Assembly: GCA_051453625.1 (NCBI GenBank)
Contig: JBOZIK010000001.1
Coordinates: 15,533,778 to 15,596,458 of the forward strand
DNA from: Welwitschia mirabilis
Lineage: Eukaryota
Direction: 5' to 3'
DNA length: 62,681 bases
Shown here: positions 1 through 14,336 of the stretch, in pieces
Layout: every line of letters starts with the position of its first letter
Numbering within the stretch: the first letter of the stretch is position 1
Made by a program: the position numbers and the translations under genes
The notes under the pieces: generated by a model
Databases searched by the model: none
What the model was told of the DNA's origin: nothing
What the model saw: only the letters and a program-made list of their open reading frames with translations

Positions 1-1862
1 CTTTGAAATACCTAAGTAAAAGATTAATAGTCATGGTGACTTCATAAAATCATACATAATTCTAGTACAAGATGATCAATTGATGTCGTGATGTTAATCA
101 AAGGAATCGGCTAATGAATAATTCAAACAATGGCAAAAGGAAAGTCCTCCTCATCAGAGGAGGGGAAGGGGATGGGAAGGGGTGGGAGGATACTTCCAAC
201 TGAAGAGCTTCTATCATGTTTAAGGTTTTAGCATAAAGTAACTTATAGATTTTTAACCTTTACCTTACCCAATGTTTGAATTGGATATTTCAATTAATCC
301 ATTAGAATGTAGTTTTTCAAAAAGATAGGGACCTAACCATTTAAAGGTTAACTTATTGTGTAAAATATGCATTTAGTTATTATATAAAAGAACTAGTTAA
401 CTTAGCTCAAATTACTTATGAGTTAATGTTTTTATATTTGAACTTAGCTTAAGCTCTATGAATAAGTTGACGATGTACAACACAGGTATGTTTTTTAATC
501 TAAGTGATCAAGCTAGGCTAATTGCGGCCTAAGATTTTTGTCTAAGTTTATAAGATTAAGTTGATAAGTAGAATGATAAGAGTTATAGCAAACATCAATT
601 GACAAGATAAAAACTTTTCCATACGTAAGTTCATAAAGTGAAAAGCTAAGATAATTTTGCTAAATAGTATAATAAGCCCACAGAACTTCATTGAGTTTAG
701 AAGTTAAATATTTCATATTGATAGAGACAAGTTTTTGAAACATCTTCTTTATTTTCATATTCACATTCTTAGAATCATCATTGGATTAGGGGTAATAAGC
801 ATAGAAAATTTAATGTTTAATTTTAATGAATAAGAGAAGTCTCTAAAAAAGATCATTGATAAAATGTATTTCCTAGTCACAAATTAATATTCTAAAAAAA
901 CCAAAGCACTAAAAGATATAAGTTTAGATAAAATTGTAGACAGTTCAGACAGCATTTGTGATAGTAGGAATGGCTTCAACCCACTTGACACTAAGATGTA
1001 ATTTTTGTCATAAGAATGTGATTTGATAGGGATCTATAAAGTTAGTCCCTCAATAGTTAAAGTGTTTACATTTAAGAATAGGTTTAAGGGGTATATCTTA
1101 AGAGTGCATTAGGGTACTATAATGTTGAAAATCATCATACCTTAAAGTTAAAAGAATCTTTAAAATGGTTAGACCAATAAAAACTAAAATGAAGGATTTT
1201 AATTATATTCTTTTGTTCACTAAAGTTTTCCTCATATACTCCACTATGAAAAAGGTTAAGAATGTTAAGCTTTTTCCATTATGACACACATTTATGCATA
1301 ATTTGGTATTTGAACCTATGGTAAAGATGGGACTCATTTCATTCATAATCACCAATTCTATGAAGAAAAGATTTTCATTGATTATGGGTCTAATGCCAAG
1401 GTGTTTTCATAGTAATAAGGTAATTCACAATGTTGGCATATCAATGGACAAGATGAGGAGAGGATATGGCATAGAGGTGTTTAAAAATAAAGATTTATTC
1501 ATTATGAAAACAATCATTGCTTGAAATTTCATCAAGAAAATAAGGAATTCGAGACAAGTGATCTAAAATGCTATTATGTTTCCCAGCTTTATCAATGATG
1601 ATAAGATTGAATTCCTATATGAGAAGGATTTATCTAATAAGTCTATGACTAGAATCTTTCTTGGTCATAATGTATAGCCACATGATTTGTGTAAACATTG
1701 GTATTGAAGCTAAGAAGATAGTGTGTAAGTTTATTAAGGTAAAAGATGATGGCAAGCATTTCTTTCTCAATGATAGTGTAATTGCTCTAGGCATTAGACA
1801 AAGTTTTACTAAGTTAAGATATAACTTTAAAACTTTCTTTATCTTTTAGCCAAGTACCTCAC
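1..1862 (-). mobile_element. Older Athila-like Ty3/gypsy element B, 3' part (RNase H C-terminus, integrase, start of 3' UTR), degenerate
   Basis: The minus strand reads RNase H (YTINEKEMLAIIF, DKLTHYLLSFNTNVYTNH-like), integrase core and C-terminal integrase remnants (GPY..., KRLKIY) with many stops. It is colinear with the reverse complement of 35000-36690. The reading is cut at 1862 and resumes at 14151/20297. Confidence 0.85.
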
Positions 1863-3058
1863 TATTGATTGCCTAAATTGCACTTCAAAAGTAGTTACTT
1901 CTGAAATAATGGAATTGCAATTAGACTTAGTATAGAGTGATTTAACCAACGAATGTCATAATCTGGAGAGCATAAGATAATATACTAATAAGTACACAAA
2001 TAAGAAAGAATAAATAATTAAATTTTAATCGCATATTTTTAGTGAATTTTATATTTTTCTTATGAAAAAAGGAAAATTGACAACATAACTATTCTAATGT
2101 GCAATGCAAAAATGAATGAAAAATGAAGATGCAAGCCTATGATAACTAAGTTTCTAAGTTGTTATTATTTAAAATCATTCTTTATGACCTATATTTAAAT
2201 CATAATTAATATAAATAATAGCATTAATAAAACACTAATATAATCCATAAGAGAAATAAGATGAATTAAGGAAGAAAGACATTTTATTAAATAAATTAAA
2301 TGTCTTATAAAACACCTCAGTAAGATAGTGATTCCTCAATGTCAAAAGCATAACCTAATCACTAAGAATGATCTCTCCTATGCTAAAATGGATCCTTGAC
2401 TTCTTGGATGCCTTTGTTACCAATCCTTCAATGCCAAAATATGATTAAATCATGCCAAATAGGGGTTTTTGTAGTTTTCCTAAGGTGCTTATGGATCGGG
2501 AAGATCAGTACAGTTGAAGAGGCATTCTTAGGTGTAAATTATACCTTAATTAACTCATTTAGAAAAAAGTTATGACACTGTCATATCACTGTTATCATTA
2601 GAATTACATATGTCATGATATCCATTTATCATCCAATCATAGGCCACCGTGTCAAGAGCTCATCGGGATTTAAATTCGAAGTTTAATGGATATGTAATCC
2701 CCGGGGTCATGTGGATGATATAGAGGATGATAACCACATCATCTTATCATGTCATCCTTACCAAGCCTGCCTCACCAAGCTAGCCTTGAATGCCTTAAAT
2801 GTTGTAGTCATGCCCTCTATTTTGGGGATGATAAAAAGGATGAAAGTTAATTTCTTAATCTTTTCTTCTACTCTTTACTCCACTTTATTACTTGGTTGAA
2901 TTCCTTTTATTATAAATGAAAATATGATAATTAAGATCATAATTGAATTATTATATTTCTTAATGAAAAAATTCCTAAAAATGACTAAATTTAGTTCTTG
3001 TTTCCTACAAAACATAGCCAGTTATACTATTAAAATATGATCAATTAGGATTGTAACA
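1863..3058 (-). repeat. 3' LTR of element A
   Basis: Starts tattgattgcc (decayed tgttgattacc) and ends ...ttgtaaca; aligns end to end with 12954-14150 and 19100-20296. Confidence 0.92.
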
Positions 3059-3074
3059 TAGTCTCTCACCTAGT
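3059..3074 (-). promoter_or_regulatory. Polypurine tract (degenerate) of element A
   Basis: Minus strand CTAGGTGAGAGACTA directly precedes the LTR start TGTTAC; the same motif precedes the LTRs at 24739, 41985 and 53014. Confidence 0.75.
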
Positions 3075-3324
3075 ATTTTATTAGTTCCTTGATAAATAAA
3101 GTGAAAGAGGACTTTGCAATGCCAATTTACTAGGGAAAGAAAGAATCAAAATCCAATTGAAAATTAATTTACATATCTAAATAAACTAATAATTTAAGAT
3201 AAAAGAAAGTCATAATTAAATAAGCATTACATAAATATCAATTACTAGTTCAAAACCAATGTGCTTGAGTATTATAACATGAAATAAGTACAATTTCTAA
3301 TAACTTAGATAATAGGACTACATT

Positions 3325-4636
3325 AATAATCATGGGTTCTTGTGTGGAGAGGACCAAACTTAGCCTTCATATCAGTATATCTCTTACCACTTGCCTCTAT
3401 AGGTGGTTTAATGATAGGCTTCTCAATATCTAGAAAGTAGTGAGAGATGTACTCTCATAGGCTAGTTGTGGGCACCTTGTGATGGACATAAACCACCTTA
3501 GTAATGTTCACTAAAATATCCTGCTAAATATCTATCACCCTTTTGAAGGTGGCTTGACCCTACTCCTCTATAGTATGAACACGTGCCTCTAACTAATTAA
3601 GTCATGTGCTTGTATGGGAAATGGTGCCATGAAGATCCTCTATCTGTGAAGATAATATCTACTCCATTCCTCCTAGTAATGTTGCTAATTGATCTAGTGT
3701 GATACCTCTAACTGCCTGAGCCTATCCAGGGAAAGGTGGCTATGCTGCAGGTGCTTCATTAGAAGCCAATGGAGTCATACCTGAGATCTCTATCCCTAGT
3801 CTCCTGAAATAAGTATCATTAGCTGAGATGTAAACTGAGTGAGGAGTTTCTCCTAGGATAGGGATCTTGAATCATAGAAAGAGAGCACTTAATAAACAAG
3901 GATAAGTAAAAGTGGAAAAATGGCATTGGATGCTTAGCCATCTTAGTTGATGCCAAATGAAAGTAGCCAAGTCCATCCTATCTTTATGATGAATAAGGGA
4001 AAAAATCTGGAGGTGGGAAATCATAGCATATGAATCATGATTTTTTGGGTCTATGTCATAAATGATGGCTCGATGAAGGATATGATAATAAAGAGGAAAA
4101 TATGTCATAGCTATCCCTTACCCATTATCACCTCTATGATATGATAATTCCAATTAAAGGATATAGGTTTGTCTCTCTAACTTACCCTCACTAAGGGAAA
4201 CCCTCTTTCCATATCTAAAAAACCTTGTAACCACTACCATGTGCTATGGCTTAATGTATATGTAACATTCTCCCACTGTGGCTTTGATCTAGTATAGCAT
4301 GAGCCATCCTTCGTTGTGGCTAAGATAACCTCAAAGGTCTAGTAAAACTGAATAATCTCTACCTCATAGTAAGATCCATGAGCGTTTAATAACCAACCTT
4401 TAATATCGAGCTCCTCCAGTGCATGGTCTAAGTTAGGCTCAAGCATCTAAATATAGTTGATAAAGTGAATTTCCCTTTGGTAAAGAGCAGAAGCAAGGAT
4501 ATGCCTTCACTCCTATAGGACAACCTCTCATTTCGATTGTTCTACTACCCAGGCAATGGTAAAGTGTGTACAAGTTTAAGAAGATGAGGCACCTACATCA
4601 CTACATGAAGAAAACCCAAAAATAGATATGTGCCAT
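3325..4636 (-). pseudogene. Athila env-like / 'putative plant transposon protein' (Transposase_32-type) extra ORF, disrupted
   Basis: Lies between integrase and PPT, same sense as pol. Fragments read KGWLLNAHGSYYEVEIIQFY and HRAIIYDIDPKNHDS...MDLATFIWHQL...FTYPCLLSALF, with a heptad-like C-terminus (LSSQIEDLHGTISHTST.LN.LEARVHTIEE). Confidence 0.65.
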
Positions 4637-6879
4637 TTTAAGACAAAAGGGAAAAATATTCATAACTTCTTTTTTGGGTAACTGACTGCTCTCTTTAAGA
4701 ACCAAATCATAGCTATCAAAATAAGGATTCTTTTGACATCTAATACGGCAAAAACTACTGTGAATTAAGTGTGTAATGAGTGAAAAATTTTAGAAAAGTG
4801 AAAAACATGTAATTATAGGAGAAAATACTCATAAATTTTAATCTAGAAGACCAAATTAAATTCTGGTAGTTTCTAAGTATAGATCGGCTAAAAAAATAGG
4901 TGGGTATGGAGAGAAATCATCAGACGTAACCTAGAATGAAAGAAATGAGTAAAATTAAGAAATTTAAACCTTGGAAAAGTGAAGAATTACCTTATTTTAA
5001 TGAAATATGACTGAATTACATGAGATTGGTAGCTCCAAAGATTAAAGACAAGTGAAGCACTTAAGGAGAATTATATAAAACAAGTGGCATAAAAATAGGT
5101 TTGAAAATGAGGGAAAAAAAGGGTTTTATAGAAAATGCATCACACTATCATCCCTTGTATCATTGGGATGACATAAGCTATAACACATGTATCACTTCCA
5201 TGGTCATGCCAATGACTAAGGACATGACCATACAAAAAACCCAAGGTAAATTACAGTCATTATCCCATAAGTTATTGGGATAACAACTAAAATGACAACA
5301 TTTCCTAACTTTGATTAAGCATATATTTTAAAGTTAAACCTTATTCATGGAGTGAATATCAAACCTAAATTCAAGTTTTATGAAATTTAAAGTTGTACTT
5401 GGAATTGTAAAAATGTCAATGTGATGAAGATAAGCCTTAAAAATTTCAATTACACTAGGCTTAAATTTGATAAAAAATCATGGACCCAAGATAAGTGCTC
5501 TATGAAGGATCTAGTTAGAGTGATACATTTACTCAATTTGCCAAACATAGTTATTGAGAGGACCTAATGGAAAAGTCCATTAAAGTGTGATGGTTTAGGT
5601 AATTTCTCGATGTTTAGCTCATTTAAATTCAAGTCCTTTCAAGTTTCTTGACTGAGCAAATTAGAAGGATCATTAATTATGTAAGGAATTTACCAAAACG
5701 TAACATTGGATGTCATGCCCTCTATCATGGGATAACAAAAGGAATGATAGTTTTCAATCAATGATTTTCATGGCCTATGTCATTGAAATAACCTATGGAA
5801 TAATAGGTTTTTTGAAGGTACATGCATATTATAAATCTAGAATTTGAAGTAGGACAGTCCTGTGAATGTTAGAAAGGCTCTAGAAGAATTAGGCATAGAG
5901 GTAAAAATTTCTCATAATGTGCTAGAAACATAAGAACTGAAAAGTGAAAATTGAAAATCAAAGATGAAATGCAAAAATTAAGCCCTAAAATTTTTTACAA
6001 ATTTTCCAAGGCCAGTAATTAAATGATAAAATCCATAGAGTTCATGATGGATAACTTGACTTAATTAAAGAACTAAATCCAATGAAAATTTTAATAGGAG
6101 TGTGATTTAGTTTTGAGAATTTTAACTTAACTATCAAAGTATGAAAGAAATGGATGTAAATAACATGAAGAAGATTGATCCATTTTATTCTAGATGTTAA
6201 CATAACAGGACGTATACAGGATAAATGTCAAACTATTTAATATGAAAGATATACATGATATAGTACTTTAAAGATAATAGATTCAGAAGTAAGTGATTAT
6301 GAAAAGATAATAATCAAAATACCCATAGAAATTTTTGAGTGCTTTTTATTTTCCTTTTTCTTTCTTTCTCTTCCTTCTCCACCTCCCCAAGGATTTTATT
6401 TAGAGAGGGAGATTTAGTATTAAGAGATACTATTCTTCATGGTAAGGGAGGTGCAATCACTACCATAAGAGAAAGGATCTATAGGTAAAAAACTGATCAT
6501 AACTAACTGCTCCCTAGGTGGAGTATCCATAGGCCATATCACACTACCAAAAGAGAATAAACCTAAAAGCCAATTATTCCTTTGGTGTACTCGTTGTAGA
6601 ATACCATGGAAATAAATACAATTTTTTTTTTCTTTTGAAGGTAATTGCACTTTTTGGATGAGGTAATTAATGAGAATCAAGGATTCATAGGCATTTGAAT
6701 ACCTTGATTTTGGGTAAAACCAAACTCATCACTTGTTAAACATTATGAATCATAGTTATGAAGCATTAGTCATGCTAAGGATGATCAAGTAGTCTGACGA
6801 ATCCTAGATAGGTTAAGTAAATGAGTCATCTAGATAATAACAAAAGGAAGGGACTTCTCTTTTTTAAGAAGAGGGTCCT

Positions 6880-9800
6880 CTAACTCAACTACTTCCATCA
6901 TGTTGACTAATTAAGAGCAATCATCAGGTGACTAATAATGCTTAAAATGTTATCCATTTACCTTCATTATTTCATTAGTTTTTAGGTTATAACTCTTAAC
7001 TAAACCATTGGAATGCACCTTCATAGTTAGATATGGGCCTAACCATCTAAAAGTTAGTTTTTTATGAATTAAATGAACTCTAGTATTGAAAATTCAAACA
7101 TATTGGCTAGGGTAAAAATCTTTATGCATAAGGTTTTTATCATGTCCATGTTTAACTTGGGCTTTAATTATAAGTTGGCAATGGATAGCCTAGATTCTCC
7201 TTTCATTAAGGTGGTTCAATTGGGTTAAGTGTGCTTGAAAATTTTCATCATAAGAAACAAGGTTAAATTGATGGATTGTTTTGTAAGAATTATAGCACAC
7301 TTTGACCAGAAGCACATATGTTTTTTCATAGATAAGTTCATAAGGAGAGAAACCTAAAGAATTACATCAAGTCATACTATAAGCCCAGAGGACACCATTA
7401 ATATAGAGGTTCTATGATTTTTAAGACTTGTACAAAGTTTTAAGAGTACTTTCTTGATCTCTCAATTAGCATTTTTAGCTTGCCCATTTGATTGGGAATG
7501 GTAAGAGTTAGCTATTCATTATTTAATTCCAACTAAAAGTAAGAGTTTCCTAAGAATCTTATTAATAAATTGAGTACCTTAATTAAAAATAAAAATCCTA
7601 GAAAATAAAAATCTTTGAAAGTATTTGGTCTAAGGAATTGGCAAACAGTTTTTGCATAACAAGTTTGTGTAGGTCTAGCTTCAATGCATTTTGTTACATA
7701 GTCGACTGCCATCAAGATATAATGCTTTCCACATGAAAAGGGCTTGAGAGAATCTACAAAGTTTATACCCTAATAATTAAAAAGATCACATTTCAAGATA
7801 GGTATAACAGGCATGTCCTGAGTTCAAGTAAGACCTCCAAATCATTGACAAGAATTACACTTTCTAGCAAAGTCAAAGGAATCTTTGAATACAAAGGGCA
7901 ATAGAATCCTAAATGTAAGATTTTCATGGTAGTATTTTGTGTACTAAAATGACCTCCACAAACTCCACCATGATAAAGAATAAAAATGTCTTTTTACTCC
8001 CATTTGAGAAAACATTTGCACAAGATTTGATCTTTGCATTACCTATACAGATGTGGTTCAATCCATTCATAGTTATCTATCCTATGGAGGAAAGATTTCT
8101 CTTGGTTTCTATTTTAATGAGAATGTGCTTTAAGTGTGACAAGATAATTCATGATATTAATGTACCAAGAAGTAGGTTGTTTTAAAGATACTTCATAAAA
8201 GTGTTCAACCATGAGAAGTTGTTCATCTAGGAAATCATCATAAATAGGTTGATTAGAAGAATTAGAAGAAGTATCTGAAGGAATTCTAGAAAGATGATCA
8301 GATACTAAATTTTTTTCCCTACTTTATCCTCTATCATCAAGTTGAATTCTTGTAATAAGAGTATTCATCTATAAGGTGTGCACTAGAATCTTTCTTTATC
8401 ATTAAATATCTAATGATAGCATGATCTGTATAGACATAAGTGTGGAAACCAAGGAGGTAATATTAAAGTTTATCAAGATAAAAGATGATTGCTAGTATTT
8501 TCTTTTTAGTAGTTATGTAATTACGTTGAGCATCAGAAAGGTTTTTACTAATGTAGCTAATTACTTTTATGCCTTCCTCATGTTTTTATCCTAATACTCC
8601 ACCTACAACAAGATTACTAGCATCATACATTAGCTTGAAGTGCTTATTCTAATCTAGTCCATTTACTATGGATTTATTGGTGATGGAAATTTTAAGATTC
8701 TCAAAGGATTTTTGGCATTCATCATTCCATTTATACTTTACATCTTTCTCTAAACATTGATGAAGCAACTTATAATTTTTTGCGTATCCTTCTATGAATC
8801 TATAATAAAATCCATAATGTCCCATTAATGATTGAAGTTTTTTAATATTAGGAGGAGATGGAAGATTTTTAATAACATCAATCTTTGATGGGTCCATTTG
8901 TATATCTCATATTGAAATATAATGTCCTAAAACTATCCCTTTATTAATCATGAAATTACTTTTTTTCCAATTATTATGAGTTCCACTCTTAATATATTGT
9001 TTTAAGCCTTGTGCTAAATGACTCAAAGTTTGGTCAAAATAATATCCAAAGATGGAAAAATCAACCATGAAAATTTTGATAGAGTTTTCTATAAGATCAC
9101 TAAAAATTCCCATCATAGCACCTTGAAAGGTATCTAAAGCATTACATAAATGAAAAGGCATTCTCTTAAAAGCATAAGTACCAAAGGAGAAGTGAAGGTA
9201 GTCTTTACTTAATCTTCATTTACAATACATAGTTGGTTGTATCCACGATAACCATCAAGGAAATAATAGAATGCATGTTCTTGTATTTTATCCAATACTT
9301 GATCAAGAAAAGGAAGAGGGCATGATCCTTTTGGATTACTTCATTAAGTCTTTGGAAGTTTATGCATACTCTTAACTTATCTCCTTTCTTAGGTACAACT
9401 ATTAATGGATGAACCCACTCACTATTGATTATAGGGTAAATGATGTTAGCATCTAAAAATTTAATGAATCTCATCTTTAACCACTTATTTAATGCTAGAT
9501 TTAGATATCTTTAAGATTGTCTTATGGGTTTTGAATTGTCCTACAGGTATATCTTATATTAAACAATATGTGGTGGAATAGGAGATAGGTCATTGTAACT
9601 CCAAGAAAAAGCTTTAGATTTATATGTGAGAAGTGATACTAAGGCTTGCTCAGCTTTGGGGTAGAGATGACTACTAATGATCAATGGCTTTTTAGGGTTA
9701 TTATTGGTAAATATGTATTTTAATTTATTTTTAAGCTCCTTCAAATTCATGTCAAAGTTGACTACTCCATGTCTATGAGGGGTTGCATAACCATTCTCAT

Positions 9801-12430
9801 AAAAAGTAATTTCCATGGCTTTGACTTCTTCTATGTCTTAGATTGTGATGTTGTTAAAGGTTTCTTTCATTGAGGATATCATAGTATTATTAAGTTCCCA
9901 AGGATTGATGGAATAAAAAATACTTAAGATTGTTAAGAATTCCTTCATGTCATCAAAAAGAGTTAGTTATTCATGTGTGAGGGCCTTCAATTCAAATGAA
10001 TGATGAGATACAAACATTATTAATCTAATATCTTAATTAAGCTCATCATTTGGATCCCTTATGTCTTTTTCTGCTGTGTTGAAGACTTAAACTTGGATTT
10101 CTTAACTACCTATGTGAAGTTTCATGATTCTAGTTCTAGTGTCTGTAATGCAATGGATAGTAGCACAAAAAGCTCTACCTAAAAGCAAGGGATATTCACC
10201 ATTGTGATTGATTTTGATAATTATTACATTAAGGGGGTAGTAGGATTTGTCTATTTGGATAACCAAATCTTTGATAATTCCAATAGGTTTTCTCAATGTT
10301 GGATCAGCCATTTCCAAGACAATTTTTATTGGTTCAATTTAATTTTTTAATCCAAACTTTTTATAAATGTGTAGGAGCATGATATTCACACTTGTACCTA
10401 TGTGAATAAGAGCCTTCTTAACCTTTTTGTTGTCTTCTAATATTATAATAATGGTTTCTACCCTAGATATTTTAATTTTGGACATTTTTACATCATTAAG
10501 TTGGCCATAGATTAGGCTAAAAAAACTCTACTTGGTAATGTGCATTTTTGCTTCCTCCTACAAAGGTCCTTTCACACTTTGGCATACTTAGGATTTTTTT
10601 AAGTATGTTCCAAAATGGTAGTGTAACATTAAAATCTTTCATGATAGTTTTGATGTATTTATCATATGTTGGATTAGAGTTGAGTATATCTTACCAATGG
10701 GTAAGATATTTTCTTTCATTCTTTGGTGATTCGTTCTTGTTTATTGGAGTGAAAGTATGTACCTCATCAAGGATTTTTACATCTTCATACTTTCTTTCTT
10801 TAATGTCATCATTTGTATGTGGCTCTTTAGGTGTAGTAATAGTGCCTCTTCGGGTGACACTTCCAATCTTTCTTCACATCGTTTGGATTAGGCAATGTGC
10901 TGGAAGCTAATTTGTCTTATGGTTTTTGGTTGGCTAACATAATTTCTTACATGACTCCAAACAAATCTTTTATGCTTTTTTGGATTTATTCATGGATGTT
11001 TCTTATTTCCATCATAGCTTTCTGAATTAGATCCTCCTTGTATTAACTAGGTCCTCCATATCTTAAGTTATATGATTGTTTGAATGAGTGTCTATGCTCA
11101 AGTTTAAAATAAGGACCTGGTTGATGATAAGACTTGTTCTCATTGTGGTAAGATTCTTTGTAGTGATTAGGGTCTGATTGGTTTACATAACATACTTCTT
11201 CCCTTACTACTTACTTTACTAATGGCAAAAATGGTCATTTAGTGACTAAGTGGTTTTGGAGTTGATTTGGTGTGGACCTTTGCTAATTTCACTTCTTTAA
11301 TTGCTTTCACCATTTTTCTTATAAGTGGGCTATCACTATCACTACTATTTTCATCTTCATAAATCATTTATTTTTGTTTGCTCTCTTAATGTTTTATATG
11401 ATGGACTTCTTTTAATGATTATTTGAAGTTTTCTTTTCTCTAGGTTTAGGACATGATTAACTAATTTCAACTAAATCTTGTAAATTTTGCCATGCTTTAT
11501 CAGTTGTGTGTTGAAAAAAAACTTCCTCCATAAGAAAGATCCACCATTTACTTTGTTGCACTAGTGAGGCCATTGTAGAAATGATAGATTAATTCTTCTT
11601 TTTTAAATTCATTTGTGGGATTGGTTGAAACTAAAACTAGGAATCTTTCCCAAGATGAAGCATAATCCTCGTTGTGTTTTTATTAAAAATTAGTTACCTC
11701 ATGATGTCTTTGTTTTAAAGTGTTTCTAGTAAGGAATTATTTGATCAATATTTATTTGATATCTTTCCAATTTTTGAGGCTTTTATTGAGTAAGGTCTTA
11801 AGCCAATTTTTTACTTTTCAACTCAATTTGTAAGGGAATACTATCATGTAGCTTCTATCTATTATGGATTTGTTTTCATTACATGTGATCATTAATTGTT
11901 CAATGGCAACAATGTGTTCATAAGGATCTTCATGAGTTTCATCATAAAAAGAGGGATATGCATTAAGGTTTTTGATTTCTATGTCATTCTCAATAGAAAG
12001 ATCAAAAGGATTATGAGTTTCTCTAAGTTATGGTTTATATTTATCTTTAAGAGTTGCTTGGACATCACTAGAAATTGTAGAGGTTATGGAAGTTGTAGGA
12101 TTTTGATTTGCACATTTATTATTAAAAGAATAATAAGTTGAAACTTGATTTGTAAAGAATTTAAATTAGGCCTAGAAGAACATATAAAAGAAGAGGTGGC
12201 TTTTATTTTTAGAGGGTATTTATAAATTATAAAAGATGATTTAATAGATAATGAAATATTTTTAAAATACAAACAAAAATCTTCAAGTAAATCAGGTTTA
12301 TCAGATTTAGAAATAAAATGTTGCTTAGCTCGAGTTATTGAATTATGAATTTGAACACCTTCTTGAATTGCCTCTTTTTAAAATTTATTTTCATGTTGAT
12401 AGCATACCTTTTTCTCTTTGGAATTTGATG
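6880..12430 (-). pseudogene. gag-pol of element A (gag ~10500-12430, protease ~10100-10450, RT ~8650-9560, RNase H ~8250-8650, integrase ~6880-8200); many stops and frameshifts
   Basis: Motifs KALIHIGTSVNIM (decayed protease), PLLLGRAFCAT, WVHPLIVVPKKGDKLRVCINF, MPFHLCNA..F, IFMVDFSIFG, IVLGHYIS and AVDYVTKCIEA. Confidence 0.92.
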
Positions 12431-12933
12431 GCATTCCCTTGCTTGGTCTGAAAAATCCAACTTTTTAACTCAAAACCATTATAGGTAATCTCCAGGATTA
12501 CATTAAAGTGCAAAGAGTAGATCTAATGATTAAAAGTGATGTTTCTTCTTGGAATCTTTACTTAGGACTCAAGAAAAAGACACTAGAAGGCTTTTTGCTA
12601 CGTGGTAATCCTTTTAGATCATACAAGATGCAAGAGGATAGACATAAAAAAGAGAATAGGAAAAGAAGAAACAATTACACTAAAAATGGTACACAACAAA
12701 AATAATGTGTTACCCTCTAAAGGTGAATAATCTTGCTTATATAGGGGTAGACCTTAGAAATAAACTTTCCTTTGATCAAAAGGCAAGTATATCTCATTAG
12801 GTAATCTCCTTAAAGCAAGCAGATTACACCAATATGTATTAGATGAAAACCAAAAGCAAATAGATATAATGATAGCATAAACTAAATCCACTTACTTTTG
12901 ATTTCAATACACTTAATAGCTTGTTCTTACACT

Positions 12934-12953
12934 CCCCAAAAATGCCAGTAAAA
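12934..12953 (-). promoter_or_regulatory. Primer-binding site of element A (degenerate Athila tRNA-Asp type)
   Basis: Minus strand TTTTACTGGCATTTTTGGGG directly after the LTR end; positionally equivalent to the better-preserved copy at 19081-19099. Confidence 0.55.
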
Positions 12954-14150
12954 TGTTAATTACCTAAATTACACTTTAAAAGTAGTCGATTCTAGGAAAA
13001 ATGGAATTTTAATTAGGCTTAGTATAGAGTGATTCAATAAATGAATGTCATAATCTGGAGAGCATAAGATAACATACTAATCAAGAACATATATAAGAAA
13101 GAATAAATAATTAAATTTTAGTTCAACATTTTTAATGAATTTTGTATTTTTATTATGTAAAAAAGAAAATTGATAATGTAACTATTCTAATATGCAATTC
13201 AGGAATAAATTAAAAATGAAGATCCAAGCCTATGATAACCAACTTTCTGAGTTGTTATCACCCAAACTTAGCCCTTATGACCTGTATTTAAATAAAAATT
13301 AATCTAGATAATAGCATTAATCAAACATTAAGATAAGCCACAAGAGACATAAGATGAATTAAGAAAGAAAGATATTTTATTGAATAAATTGAATGTCTTG
13401 CAAAACACCTCAGTAAGGCAGCGATTTATCAATGTTAGAACTATAGCCTAATCACCAAGAATAATATCTCCTATGCTGAAATGGATTCTTGACTCCTTGA
13501 ATGCCTTTATCACCAATTCTTCAATGCCAAAAGATGACTAAATAATGCTAAATAAGGGTTTTTATAGTTTTTCTAAGATGGTTACAAGTCAAAAAGTCCA
13601 ATATAGGTGAAAAGATATCATTAAGTACAAACTAGACTTTAATTAACTTGGTTAGGAAGAAGTTATAACACTGTCATGTCACTATTGTCATTGGGATGAC
13701 ATATGGGATGACACCCCTTCATCATCTAATTATAGGCTGTTATGTTAGGAGCTCATTGGGATTTGAATTCAAAGTTTAATGGATATGTCATCCCCGGGGT
13801 CATGTAGATGACATAAGGGATGATAGTCATGCCATGTTGCCATGTCAGCCTTATTAAATCAACCTCACTAAACTAGCCTCGAATGCCTTAGATGTTATGG
13901 TCATGTCCTCTTTCATGGGGATGACAGAAGATGACAATCAATTTCTTAACCTTTTTCTTCAACTCTTTACTCCACTTTATTCCTTAGTTAAATTATTATT
14001 CTTATGAATGAAAACATGGCAATTAAGATCATAATTAAATTATTATATTGCTTCACAATAAAATTCCTGAAAATTACTAAATTAAGTTCCTATTCCCTAT
14101 AAAACATCACCAATTACACTATTAAAATATGATAAATTTGGATCACAACA
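12954..14150 (-). repeat. 5' LTR of element A
   Basis: tgttaattacc...gatcacaaca termini; homologous to 1863-3058; followed by CCCAC and host RNase H sequence. Confidence 0.92.
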
Positions 14151-14336
14151 CCCACCCATAGCAAAGTTGTCAGATTTACACAAAAGTTTAAAGTCCTTAA
14201 TCTAATCGAGTCTTATTACAATAGGTTTAGAAGAGANNNNNNNNNNNNNNNNNNNNNNNNNNNNNNNNNNNNNNNNNNNNNNNNNNNNNNNNNNNNNNNN
14301 NNNNNNNNNNNNNNNNNNNNNNNNNNNNNNNNNNNN

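Larger units (their letters stand above)
1863..14150 (-). mobile_element. Full-length decayed Athila-like Ty3/gypsy LTR retrotransposon (element A)
   Basis: Two ~1197-bp direct repeats (1863-3058, 12954-14150), a PBS next to the right LTR and a PPT next to the left LTR. Domain order on the minus strand is gag-PR-RT-RH-INT-extra ORF. Near-TSD CTCAC (1858-1862) / CCCAC (14151-14155). Confidence 0.92.

Noticed and set aside
10548-10910. Plus-strand hydrophobic ORFs (also 1294, 7937, 11896, 16381)
   Set aside because: Antisense shadows of minus-strand gag-pol; not conserved as open frames between the duplicate copies.
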